A stretch of 64,000 nt of DNA from positions 951 to 64,950 of the forward strand of contig CANMBE010000006.1 of the NCBI GenBank assembly GCA_947495975.1. Direction: 5' to 3'. This document shows positions 1 through 9,666 of the stretch, one piece after another. This stretch comes from Ignavibacteria bacterium (GTDB taxonomy: Bacteria > Bacteroidota > Ignavibacteria > Kapaibacteriales > Kapaibacteriaceae). Below the pieces are notes generated by a model. The model was not told where the DNA came from and did not search any database. It was given only the letters and a program-made list of their open reading frames with translations. The first letter of the stretch is position 1. Each line of letters starts with the position of its first letter. The position numbers and the translations under genes are program-made.

Positions 1-88
1 TGCTAACGTTGTTTAGTATAGACGTGTGGCTTTTGCATGCAACATTTTGATACATTTTTTGTTTCAACTTGACGTGAGGAGATATTTG

Positions 89-787
89 ATGCAGTACCCA
101 AACGTCAGAACTATAATCACGCTGATTTGTTTATTCTACTTCGCGCCTGTTTTGATGGCGCAGTGCGACCCGGTACAGATAGCACCCAACTGTGACCAGT
201 GCACTGATTGGCGGAAGATGGACATAGAAGTTTGTCATGGTGGTACAACGTATACTGCGACAATTGAAATGTGCACGCAGTTTGCTTCTCCACCAAATCC
301 TATTGACAATCCATGTACTCTGGCTCCAAATGAGTGCGCCCGTGCCCTTGACGCCATTACCTGGGTGCGCTCCTTCTGTGTGGATCAGGATCTAAAAAAC
401 ATCGGCGAATCTGCTCTTCTTCAGGCAATCGTGAAGGGGACAAATCTTTGCTGTGCAAATGGCAATTTTCTAGGTGTAACGATTCCAGCATGTACTCAAG
501 GATACGGCTGTATGACCTCGCCGGCGGCGTATTGCCATGTACTCGCAATGCCACGGTGTATGATTAAAAATTATACCACGGGTTGTTACGACAAATGTCT
601 GGATTGCAAAGACTTCTGCATGATCGAGCGTCGATACTGTAGACCAACTGCCACTACTTGCTGCAAAGCCTATGCAACTACCTGTTCGTATGATCCAGAC
701 AAAGAGGAATGCGAACAATCCTGCAATAAGATATTTGACTGTTCTGTAGATTATTTCAAGGGGCTTAGCAATGTGTGCTGCGATTAG
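89..787 (+). CDS. Secreted cysteine-rich protein; about 27 Cys in roughly 208 mature residues; N-terminal signal peptide
   Basis: ORF 26..787; ATG at 89 preceded by GAGGAG; hydrophobic leader IITLICLFYFAPVLMAQ; Cys spaced every 5-12 residues; no homology recognised. Confidence 0.5.
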   Translation: MQYPNVRTIITLICLFYFAPVLMAQCDPVQIAPNCDQCTDWRKMDIEVCHGGTTYTATIEMCTQFASPPNPIDNPCTLAPNECARALDAITWVRSFCVDQDLKNIGESALLQAIVKGTNLCCANGNFLGVTIPACTQGYGCMTSPAAYCHVLAMPRCMIKNYTTGCYDKCLDCKDFCMIERRYCRPTATTCCKAYATTCSYDPDKEECEQSCNKIFDCSVDYFKGLSNVCCD

Positions 788-3251
788 TGCGATTACTATG
801 TTTGCTACTCTGCTCTGGCTCACTCCAGCGAAAGCGCAGAAGACGGATTGGACATGGATCAAAAGTTGGGAGTCATTAAACACATCGTATCGAGAGGCAA
901 CTACGGATCTCGATGGGCGCGTTATGGTGTTGACATCAGAGGGAGTCTTCCGAGGTGATTTGTTCGGCACTGGAGAACTCGCCCTCACACCCGCACAGTA
1001 TTCGCTGGTTCAGGATAGAACACAAATGCTCTGCATTCCTGATGGACCTGTGCTCGTGATGGGCAATGCACTGTCCCAGACCACCTTTGGTTTCTTTCGA
1101 TTCGAAACCATTTCAGATGTGCCAACAAAATTAGGTGTGCAAGAACTGGATGGGCAGTCCTTCGCAACCGGTGTGAATTCCGGAGACGTCCAGATTCTTG
1201 GTAATGGCACCATCAAGGCTGGTGCGGCCTTCACATTCAATGGAGGCCAGTCATGGCGACGTATGCAGAATGATGATGTAGTGGGACAACAAAATTTTGC
1301 AGAACGGATTGGAGATTCCGTTTATGTTCTAAGCATTGACCCACCGCAGTGGTATGTGGTGGACACTGCCTCAAGAATGTATACCAAGTCCTCGCTTGAT
1401 CCAGCTTATTGCCGATATGCCTTGCTTCCAAGTGGTGCAGGCATGGCAATCAAACACATTGACGGCGACGAGGTGAATATTTCCATACGCTCGTCTGCAG
1501 AAGCACCATGGCAACAAGTTCCCACACTTGCTACAACTGATGGAGCAGCGATTCAACCGGAGAGAACTGTATACCTGAACTCGGATAGACTTTTTGCAAC
1601 ACAAACGGGAAAGGCCATTTTCTTTCTTGACTCTGCCCGAATGATCGTGTATGATGGTGTGACCGCAACAATACGGTCACTTACGCCCACACTTCTAAGG
1701 GGGGAAATTGTTCATGAGGTGCAGCGTGTTCGTGGAAACAACGTTCTTCGTCTTTCTTATCGCGTGACCACTGAGGGCATGCCAGATTCGTATGTCACAA
1801 TCGAATACTCGCTTGAAACTGAACAAGTGAAGGTGTACGAGACAGGTAATGTGATGATCGTGGATGTGAACGACCGTGGATATCTCTCTTCCGCCGCGTT
1901 CTTTTCACGATGGGACTCACCAATCGCTCGACCCGTGCTAAGTGCATTAGACGATCTGGGAAATCCAATCGGTCAAGTGTTTGTTGATCAGGTTGGTGTA
2001 TCAGGCGGATTGCCGTTCCTTACGGACGTGCAAGGAAACCTTTACGCCATTGACAACGAAGAAACACTTCCTGGCGTGATGCCTGGTAGAGTTCTATATC
2101 TACTGCAAAACACGATCAGCAAACGACTCCTGCGTCGAGTTTCAGTCCTGGGATTGGGTGATAGTTCCGTTGCAATTCCTGGATCTGTCAGAGTAAACAT
2201 CTCACGTCTGGGTGTGCAACCTGTTCGTGTCCCTGGTGTTGTTTCCCTTCAGGGTTACATGACGTGTGTTGCCCGCCAAACAGATGGACGTTTTTTCATG
2301 GGTGGCGACGTACTCGCACGTCAACGAGATACAGTGTGGGAGATTATCCCGATTCCATCAGCTATTCGCGACTCACGGGCTACCATCTCGAGCATGGCCG
2401 TGCAAGGCAACGATACGCTCGTAGTTGCGTTCCGCGGATACGCTGAAGGCAGCGAGATAGAGAACAACTTCTCTTACAAAAAGGGAGGCGTTGCAATTTC
2501 CACAGATGCCGGAGTTACATGGAATAGTTTAGCGCTGCCATCCAATGAACAATGGGTAGAGAGTCTGACGCTCGGTCCAGACAGGGCATGGTATTGCTGG
2601 GCCACGGACATGGTTTTCGACACAACACTTCGAGGTAAAGCTGATCCGTATGTTCGAAATGGCACAGCAACACTCTACAGATCTGTTAAGCCCTCTGGCC
2701 CGTGGATAAAGATATTCACAGACGATGCCGATCCTAGCACACGGCGCGAGGCATTTGTATTCCAATGGCCAATCTCGTTTTCGCCTCGTGGTAGAATTGC
2801 AACATGCACGCCTCGGGCAGTTTTCGTAGCCGAAAACCACGAAGCCCCATTTCAAGAAGTTCTGGATCTGCCCATAACTGAGAGGTTTGGCGGTGTTGCG
2901 TTTGGCGATGACGAGGAACTGTGGATAGGGGGCTCGTATGGCGTTCACAAAAGGATGATCGGTACTACAAATGTGGGAGAACAACTTCCAGAGTTGAACC
3001 GTAACGGCGCACTCGTAGCCTGGCCTAATCCGGCTACTGATAAGGTTGAGTTTCGTCTTCAGATTACGGACGCTGCACTTTTACCTAACCATGTGCTGCT
3101 TATATCTGCGGATGGAACAACAACGGTGAAAGTTCCTCGAATAAACAACACCTTCAGCATATCCACGGGAAGCCTAGCGTCTGGCTTGTACTTTGCAACG
3201 GCATTGATCGGTAGCCAGGTAGCGACTGCTCGGATAGTTGTTGTCCGATAG
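771..3251 (+). CDS. Large secreted protein with BNR/Asp-box repeat (STDAGVTW) and a T9SS C-terminal sorting domain
   Basis: 826-aa ORF; signal peptide; SxDxGxTW motif; C-terminal ~80 aa resemble the Por/T9SS CTD; overlaps upstream gene by 17 nt, which suggests an operon. Confidence 0.6.
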   Translation: MCAAISAITMFATLLWLTPAKAQKTDWTWIKSWESLNTSYREATTDLDGRVMVLTSEGVFRGDLFGTGELALTPAQYSLVQDRTQMLCIPDGPVLVMGNALSQTTFGFFRFETISDVPTKLGVQELDGQSFATGVNSGDVQILGNGTIKAGAAFTFNGGQSWRRMQNDDVVGQQNFAERIGDSVYVLSIDPPQWYVVDTASRMYTKSSLDPAYCRYALLPSGAGMAIKHIDGDEVNISIRSSAEAPWQQVPTLATTDGAAIQPERTVYLNSDRLFATQTGKAIFFLDSARMIVYDGVTATIRSLTPTLLRGEIVHEVQRVRGNNVLRLSYRVTTEGMPDSYVTIEYSLETEQVKVYETGNVMIVDVNDRGYLSSAAFFSRWDSPIARPVLSALDDLGNPIGQVFVDQVGVSGGLPFLTDVQGNLYAIDNEETLPGVMPGRVLYLLQNTISKRLLRRVSVLGLGDSSVAIPGSVRVNISRLGVQPVRVPGVVSLQGYMTCVARQTDGRFFMGGDVLARQRDTVWEIIPIPSAIRDSRATISSMAVQGNDTLVVAFRGYAEGSEIENNFSYKKGGVAISTDAGVTWNSLALPSNEQWVESLTLGPDRAWYCWATDMVFDTTLRGKADPYVRNGTATLYRSVKPSGPWIKIFTDDADPSTRREAFVFQWPISFSPRGRIATCTPRAVFVAENHEAPFQEVLDLPITERFGGVAFGDDEELWIGGSYGVHKRMIGTTNVGEQLPELNRNGALVAWPNPATDKVEFRLQITDAALLPNHVLLISADGTTTVKVPRINNTFSISTGSLASGLYFATALIGSQVATARIVVVR

Positions 3252-3255
3252 AAAC

Positions 3256-3293
3256 AAATCCTGCAGCACTGTACTTGCCATAAGCAGGGATTT
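3256..3293 (+). terminator. Imperfect hairpin downstream of the BNR protein gene; weak terminator candidate
   Basis: AAATCCTGC ... GCAGGGATTT arms with one bulge, 5 nt after the stop codon; no strong T-run. Confidence 0.3.
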
Positions 3294-3405
3294 ATTGAAT
3301 CCATTCGAATCAAAAGTGCCTGTTCACGATGTGAGCAAGCGCTTTCTTTATCTCCATATCTCTGTATCCCCGCATCTCAAACCGCTGGACTATAGCCCAG
3401 CTCCA

Positions 3406-3480
3406 CGTAACCCAGAAACCCTGTAACCCTCGTGTTATCCCGAGCTTTACGAGGGACCTTCTTCTGTAACCCCGTAACTT
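3406..3480 (+). promoter_or_regulatory. Cluster of (C)GTAAC(C/T) repeats, including an exact CTGTAACCC 9-mer twice 43 nt apart, upstream of recO
   Basis: CGTAACCC at 3407, CTGTAACCC at 3421 and 3464, CGTAACTT at 3473; hairpin CCCTCGT/ACGAGGG at 3427..3455. Confidence 0.3.
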
Positions 3481-3485
3481 CCTCC

Positions 3486-4187
3486 ATGATCCTCTCTACC
3501 GAAGCCATTGTCCTGCATTCCCGACGGTTTGGTGACTCGTCTAGGATTGTGACGATGTATTCGCGTGATCTGGGCAAGGTTTCGGTTGTTGCCAAAGGTG
3601 CTCGCACGCTGAAGTCTTCGTTTGGGGCGGCTTTGGAGCCCCTTGGATACATCCGTTGCACAATCTATCATGGACGGAACAAGGATCTGCATACGCTGTC
3701 AGCGGCGGAGACGCTTGTTACTCGACGTAGGCTAGGGGGCTCACTGGATCTGCTGCGCGCCGGTCTGCTCATGTGTGACACGCTTGTGAGAACGCAAGCC
3801 CTGGAACAACCAGATAAGAACGTCTTTGAATTGCTCGCTCGCTCACTTGAGCAATTGGAGGTAGTTGATGAACCCAGTGCTTACAGCATAAGCCTTTCTA
3901 TGAGACTTTCTCTGGCAGAAATCATGGGGTTTGGTCTGCCGTCCTCTCCCGCACCTGAAGGCGCTGCCGTTAGGGTAGGCATATCAGATGGGGTTGCTCG
4001 GAGAGATGGGGAAGAGGGCCTCCGCCTTTCGCATACGGTGTATACACAAGTGCTTACTGCTCTGAATGGTGGTACATCTGTGATCTCCGAACAGGAGCAA
4101 ATGGAACTCGAAGGGTTTGTCTCGTTATATTTTTCTCATCACCTTGATAAACGTATAACATCAAACGCCTTCAACGCCCTGCGGTGA
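3486..4187 (+). CDS. recO: DNA repair protein RecO
   Basis: N-terminal MILSTEAIVLHSRRFGDSSRIVTMYSRDLGKV...VAKGAR matches the RecO N-domain; ORF track start 3432 is probably too far upstream. Confidence 0.8.
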   Translation: MILSTEAIVLHSRRFGDSSRIVTMYSRDLGKVSVVAKGARTLKSSFGAALEPLGYIRCTIYHGRNKDLHTLSAAETLVTRRRLGGSLDLLRAGLLMCDTLVRTQALEQPDKNVFELLARSLEQLEVVDEPSAYSISLSMRLSLAEIMGFGLPSSPAPEGAAVRVGISDGVARRDGEEGLRLSHTVYTQVLTALNGGTSVISEQEQMELEGFVSLYFSHHLDKRITSNAFNALR

Positions 4188-4200
4188 ACTCGTATATTGA

Positions 4201-5502
4201 GTGATGGCTGGCAATATTGCATTGACATTGTTCTTTGTGTTTCTCAACGGATTCTTCGTTGCGGCCGAGTTTGCTATTGTCAAAGTCCGCGCCTCGCAGA
4301 TTGAGCTCAAAGCTCGCGAAGGAAATTTCCTCGCCGGAATCACGAAGCATATTCTTGAACACCTCGATTCGTATCTCAGTGCATCTCAGTTAGGTATTAC
4401 ACTCGCCTCGCTTGGCTTGGGATGGATAGGTGAGAGCGTAGTCTCAACCATCGTGAGTGATGCTGCTCAAGGTTTAGGCCTTACACTAGAGGCCTCGGTT
4501 CTGCACGCAGTTTCTATTGTGATTGCCTTTGCGATCATCACGGTGCTCCACATCGTGGTTGGTGAGCAGGCGCCAAAAACATTTGCGATTAGACGCTCAG
4601 AAACGGTAGCGCTTGCCGTTGCCATTCCAATGCGGATCTTCTTTATTGTGTTTCGGCCAGTGATCTACGTCCTGAATTGGATGTCGAACGCAATGTTGAG
4701 TGTGATTGGAATTCAACCATCTTCAGAACATGACGTTCACTCCCCGGAAGAACTTCGTTACCTCATCGCTGAAAGCTCTAAGCAGGGAGCTCTTGAGTTA
4801 TCTGAACGAGAACTCATCGAAAATGTCTTTGAATTCACAGAAACCACAGCCGCTCAGGTTATGGTGCCACGATCAAAAATAATTGCGCTCGATAACGCGC
4901 TGCCAGTTGATGCGTTGTTAGACAGAGTGATGAATGAAGGTTATTCTCGTCTACCAGTATACGTAGGCTCAATTGACAACATCGTGGGAATCGTGTACGC
5001 AAAAGACTTGCTCACACTCATGCATCATAAAGATCTCATCATCTTGCACGACATTTTGCATGCCCCCTATAATGTTCAAGAAGATGTAAAAATCAAGCGT
5101 GTACTCAGAGACATGCAACGTGATAAAGTGCATCTGGCAATTGTCATTGATGAATTTGGTGGCACAGCAGGAATGCTAACACTAGAAGACATTATCGAAG
5201 AGCTCGTTGGCAATATTCAGGATGAATATGACGATGAGGCGCCACTCGTGCAGCAACACACGCCAGGTGCATACGAGCTTGATGCTGCCATCCGTATCGA
5301 TGAAGCAAATGATCTTCTGCCGTGTGCTTTACCTGAAAGTGAAGACTACGAAACGCTAGGCGGACTAATCAATGCATGGGCTGGGCGCATTCCTCCTGAA
5401 GGCGATGTTGTAATGCTTGATGATTATGAATGCACAATTCTAGAGAGCTCTCCTCGACGTGTGGAGCGCGTCAGGCTCGTTGCGCGCAAGCCCACCTCAT
5501 GA
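4201..5502 (+). CDS. CNNM/DUF21 transmembrane - CBS pair - CorC_HlyC domain protein (hemolysin/TlyC-like Mg/Co efflux family)
   Basis: 433 aa; N-terminal multi-TM region, central CBS pair, C-terminal transporter-associated domain. Confidence 0.8.
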   Translation: MMAGNIALTLFFVFLNGFFVAAEFAIVKVRASQIELKAREGNFLAGITKHILEHLDSYLSASQLGITLASLGLGWIGESVVSTIVSDAAQGLGLTLEASVLHAVSIVIAFAIITVLHIVVGEQAPKTFAIRRSETVALAVAIPMRIFFIVFRPVIYVLNWMSNAMLSVIGIQPSSEHDVHSPEELRYLIAESSKQGALELSERELIENVFEFTETTAAQVMVPRSKIIALDNALPVDALLDRVMNEGYSRLPVYVGSIDNIVGIVYAKDLLTLMHHKDLIILHDILHAPYNVQEDVKIKRVLRDMQRDKVHLAIVIDEFGGTAGMLTLEDIIEELVGNIQDEYDDEAPLVQQHTPGAYELDAAIRIDEANDLLPCALPESEDYETLGGLINAWAGRIPPEGDVVMLDDYECTILESSPRRVERVRLVARKPTS

Positions 5503-6219
5503 GGTTTCCACATACACTCTTGTTGCTATGCACTTGCCTCGTAGGAATTGCATGTTCTACTGTACCGAACCGACTCGTCGGTATAAAGTCTTGCGCAGCT
5601 GTGCGCCCCATCTTGGATCTCCATTTGCAAATATTTGGACGTGGAAATCAGAGCTAGAAAAATGTGGTCGCGAGCAGAATGTTGTGTTATCAGAACCTTG
5701 CTGAGCGGCTCTGTCTGCAATTCAGGGAGCCGAAGGCGACGTACCATTCGATGCACCAGCGGTTCGCAACCTCCGCAGATTATCAAAGTATGCTCATCCG
5801 CTCGATGTAGAGTATGTAAGCGTTATCGGTGAGGTTGATCTCCTCGATGAAATCAAGAACTTGCGGAGTGGATCCGCACAAGAGATACTGCGAAAAGTAC
5901 TTTCAGTTGGAAGGGCTCACGTATTGAAATTTTTGATTCGGGTGATGGCGTTGTGAGCACGAAGAGTCAGGACATCATGAACATCGAATATTTACGGTAG
6001 ATACATCGCGACGTCGCACAACGCGCGTTTTAGTTCTGCACAAGGCTCTGCTCAATTATGCAGAACATCTGACGGCATCGTAGCCCGCTTTATGATTCCA
6101 CTCACAGGTGTGCCAACAGATTCTCCAACGCCGTACACGTTGAAGATCATTATTACGAACACATTTGGTTATACCACAACAGCATCGATTGTGTGGTAGA
6201 AGGTTACACCAGCGCTGAA

Positions 6220-6915
6220 TTACTTTGCAAGCATGAGGGGCTTTGTTTCGGTAAAGCCCGGGGCCGACATCACAACGTAGTAGAGTGACGAGCTCATGTC
6301 ATGACTTGCAGTGTTCATTGTAACGCTGTGCTCGCCAGCACTCAAAACGTCATTAACAAGTGTTGTAACAACATTTCCTACAAGGTCAACAACACGCAAC
6401 GTAACCATTGCTGTTTCGCGTGTGGTGAACGATAACGTTGCCCGATCTTGAACCGGATTTGGAGAAACATCCTTGAGTTCAAATGCAGTTGTTGTTGAGC
6501 CGCTGAAACCGGCAACACCTTGGTCAGTGGCCACCTGCGTGTTGACTTGGAATGCTCTGCGTTCAACTGTTACTTGAATGGGATTAGATTCTACAGTAGC
6601 ACATGGATTAGACATCTTCACAGTGTACACACCGTTCATGTAAGCCTCAGCATACGAATAGCGCAGATCCTGGTTTGTCTCATTTGGCAGAGCAACGCCA
6701 TCTTTTAGCCATTGGATGCGGTAATAACTTACGTCCTGACCCTTGTTTACTGAAAGGAGGAACTCGCCCCCTGCCGGGATACGCTTGATTGTAGCACCCA
6801 GCGCTCCATCAACTTCAGCATGTCTCGGAGCAGGAAGGATGCGAATAGAAACGCCTGCTGTGGATAGTGAAACCACGGCTGCAAACATGAAAGTGGCAAT
6901 TATGAGGCGACGCAT
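6220..6915 (-). CDS. Secreted Ig-like domain protein with T9SS C-terminal sorting domain
   Basis: Signal peptide MRRLIIATFMFAAVVSLSTA taken as start at 6915; Ig-like YRIQWLKDG...; C-terminal region resembles the T9SS CTD. Confidence 0.6.
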   Translation of the reverse strand: MRRLIIATFMFAAVVSLSTAGVSIRILPAPRHAEVDGALGATIKRIPAGGEFLLSVNKGQDVSYYRIQWLKDGVALPNETNQDLRYSYAEAYMNGVYTVKMSNPCATVESNPIQVTVERRAFQVNTQVATDQGVAGFSGSTTTAFELKDVSPNPVQDRATLSFTTRETAMVTLRVVDLVGNVVTTLVNDVLSAGEHSVTMNTASHDMSSSLYYVVMSAPGFTETKPLMLAK

Positions 6916-6980
6916 GGTGTTTCCTGTATTGGTCAGTGACTCGAATATACCGATTTTGCAGTCATCACTTCTCGTGCCAA

Positions 6981-8096
6981 ATGCGACCAGACCCACACCT
7001 ACCTACCCATATCTTCATAACAGCAGGCGATCCCTCAGGTGATATCCATGCTGCGAGGCTCATGGCGGAGATACGCAAGCGTATTCCCGACGTGATTTTT
7101 GAGGGTTTTGGGGGTCCAGAAATGGAATTTCAGGGCCTCCGGTCGCTCGCCCATATTCAGGACCTAGCCGTAACTGGGTTCTGGGAGGTAGCAAAACGCT
7201 ATAGGTTCTTCAGGGGGCTCCTTAAGCGGTGTGAGGAGGCGATAGCCAGAACAAAGCCAGTACTTTTTATTCCCGTGGATTATCCAGGCTTTAACATGCG
7301 CCTGGCGGCACGCGTCAGGTCGCCTACGATTCGCATCGTCTGGTACATTGCGCCCCAACTTTGGGCATGGGGGGAAGGACGAGCAAAGGAACTCGCATCG
7401 GTGGTAGACAAACTCTTGGTTGTCTTTCCATTTGAGGTAGAGTTTTTTCAAAAACACGGCATTCGCGCCGAATATGTTGGACACCCGCTTTCAGAAGAGA
7501 TACGTCCGGAACAAGAAAAGACGAGGTCTCCAACGCAGATTTTGCTCATGCCAGGATCGCGCAAACAAGAGATTCATTTTCACGTCCCGCTGTTAGCCGA
7601 AGTGGTTGAATTGATGAATTCATCTCAACCCACATTGAACTTTGTTGTGGCAAAAGCTCGTAATGTTGACGTGCGTTCACTTGAGCCCCTTGCACATCGA
7701 GGAGTTACCGTTATCGAAGATGTTGAACACGCGATGTTGACATCACACGCAGCATTGATCAAGGCGGGCACGTCAACGCTGGAAGCTGCTTTGAGGGGGC
7801 TTCCCTTTGCCACGTTCTACCGCACATCTGCGTTAACGTTTCAGGTAAGCAAACGTCTTGTGAATGTAACGTCTGTTACGATGATGAACCTGCTTCTTCA
7901 TCGCTCCGTTGTTCACGAATACATTCAGGGTAACGCAACTGCATTAAACCTGGAGCGAGAACTGGTAGAGCTGACGTTGGATAATGCACGACGCAATGAG
8001 TTAACAAGTGCAATGTCCAAAGTGCAATCAATGCTGGCTGGTGGCTCTGCAAGTGCACGTGCCGCTGATATCATTTCTGAGATGGTTCAGCGTTGA
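6981..8096 (+). CDS. lpxB: Lipid-A-disaccharide synthase
   Basis: IFITAGDPSGDIHAARL...YIAPQLWAW...LLMPGSR match LpxB signature regions; start moved to the internal Met at 6981. Confidence 0.85.
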   Translation: MRPDPHLPTHIFITAGDPSGDIHAARLMAEIRKRIPDVIFEGFGGPEMEFQGLRSLAHIQDLAVTGFWEVAKRYRFFRGLLKRCEEAIARTKPVLFIPVDYPGFNMRLAARVRSPTIRIVWYIAPQLWAWGEGRAKELASVVDKLLVVFPFEVEFFQKHGIRAEYVGHPLSEEIRPEQEKTRSPTQILLMPGSRKQEIHFHVPLLAEVVELMNSSQPTLNFVVAKARNVDVRSLEPLAHRGVTVIEDVEHAMLTSHAALIKAGTSTLEAALRGLPFATFYRTSALTFQVSKRLVNVTSVTMMNLLLHRSVVHEYIQGNATALNLERELVELTLDNARRNELTSAMSKVQSMLAGGSASARAADIISEMVQR

Positions 8097-8683
8097 AAGC
8101 CGCGATTATGTCCATGGCCATTCGCGCATTGGCGCGCACATGGGCTGTTTCTATACAAGGACGCTTTCCAACTGGACCGTGTATTGTCGCATTCTGGCAT
8201 AGCGAGATGCTGCCTGTTTTGTTTGTCTTTAGAGCGTTACGTCCGGTAGCACTTGTGAGTCCCAGTGAAGATGGCTTGCTCATAGCCACCGTGCTGAAAG
8301 ATTGGGGCTACGATGTAGTTGCTGGTTCCTCTTCGAGAGGTGGTAAGGAAGCACTGCAGACGCTTGTGGAGCTGGCAGCACAGCACGTTGTGCTTATAAC
8401 ACCCGATGGCCCGCGAGGTCCAGCACACATAGCTAAGCCAGGTGCAGTGATCGCAGCACACCGCGCAGGAGTGCCTCTGGTGCTTGTACGGATGCATGCT
8501 GCCCGCACCAAGATATTCCACCGCTCGTGGGATCGCTTTCAATTGCCATTGCCGTTTACACAAATCACACTTCACGTGTCGGCTGCAATTGATGTGTCAT
8601 CAACACTCACACGCGATGAAATTGATGCGATGATTAATGATGTAACTGAGCGTCTCCAGCAGATGGGAAACAATTCGTGTTGA
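8093..8683 (+). CDS. DUF374-family lysophospholipid acyltransferase-like protein, typical of lpx loci
   Basis: 196-aa ORF between lpxB and lpxK with 4-nt overlaps on each side; family resemblance only. Confidence 0.65.
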   Translation: MKAAIMSMAIRALARTWAVSIQGRFPTGPCIVAFWHSEMLPVLFVFRALRPVALVSPSEDGLLIATVLKDWGYDVVAGSSSRGGKEALQTLVELAAQHVVLITPDGPRGPAHIAKPGAVIAAHRAGVPLVLVRMHAARTKIFHRSWDRFQLPLPFTQITLHVSAAIDVSSTLTRDEIDAMINDVTERLQQMGNNSC

Positions 8684-9666
8684 TATTGCTTTCTCGCATT
8701 TATGCTGCAGGCGTTAAGCGACGCAATGCTCGGTTTGATTCTCAACGTCAGCCAGTTGTTGTAGTTGATGTACCGGTCATCAGTGTTGGTAATATCAGTG
8801 CAGGCGGCACAGGTAAGACGCCGGTTGTGCAGGGCATCGTCCGAATTTTACAAAGGCAAGGAAAACGTCCGGCCGTTGTTATGCGTGGTTATCGTCGCAC
8901 ATCAAAAGGAATCGTTGTAGTGCACAACGGCCTGGAGCTTTGCGCTACTGTAGAAGAAGCCGGCGATGAGGCGTTTCTTCATGCAGAGACATTGGGTGTG
9001 CCAGTAGTCGTGGGCGAGGATAAAGTTGAAGCTGCTACGTATGCTGCTAAAAATTTGTCGTGTGATGTGATTGTTGTTGATGATGGATTCCAGCACCGCG
9101 CACTTCATCGCGATTTAGACATTGTTCTTATCGATCGTGCCACTCTGAATGGTCTGATGATTCCACGTGGAATACTGCGGGAGCCACTTTCAGAAATGCG
9201 CAGAGCCAATGTGATTCTCTGCATGGGAGATGTATCGCCAGATGAAGTTTCTGCATTAGCTAGAGAAGATGCATTGATCCTACCGTGTGAAATGCAAACA
9301 GAAGCACCACGATCGATAGTTGATAGCACAGACGTTCTTCCTCGCCAAGCAAATGTGCTAGCAGTTGTTGGTATTGCTCAGCCGCAGCGATTCATCAGCG
9401 CACTTGCAGAGCGTGGGCATAGTATTGTTGCCCAGCGGCTATTTAGGGATCATCATCGATACACGGCGGCCGATGTTGCGTCGCTCATCCATGTTGCTCG
9501 TGCATCGAGTGCTGTGATTGTTACAACAGAAAAAGATCTCGTAAAACTGCGAACCCATATGCTTGTGCATGGAGCTCTACAGGTACCGATGTATGTTGTT
9601 TCACTTTATGCACATATTCATAGCGAAGCATTTGTTGAACTGCTCGCGACAAGGACAACACAATGA
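8677..9666 (+). CDS. lpxK: Tetraacyldisaccharide 4'-kinase
   Basis: VISVGNISAGGTGKTPVV P-loop and VVMRGYRR match LpxK. Confidence 0.85.
   Translation: MLILLSRIYAAGVKRRNARFDSQRQPVVVVDVPVISVGNISAGGTGKTPVVQGIVRILQRQGKRPAVVMRGYRRTSKGIVVVHNGLELCATVEEAGDEAFLHAETLGVPVVVGEDKVEAATYAAKNLSCDVIVVDDGFQHRALHRDLDIVLIDRATLNGLMIPRGILREPLSEMRRANVILCMGDVSPDEVSALAREDALILPCEMQTEAPRSIVDSTDVLPRQANVLAVVGIAQPQRFISALAERGHSIVAQRLFRDHHRYTAADVASLIHVARASSAVIVTTEKDLVKLRTHMLVHGALQVPMYVVSLYAHIHSEAFVELLATRTTQ

Noticed and set aside
6234-6258. GGGCTTT/AAAGCCC hairpin
   Set aside because: Falls inside the coding sequence of the 6220..6915 gene and precedes its stop codon, so it is not a terminator.
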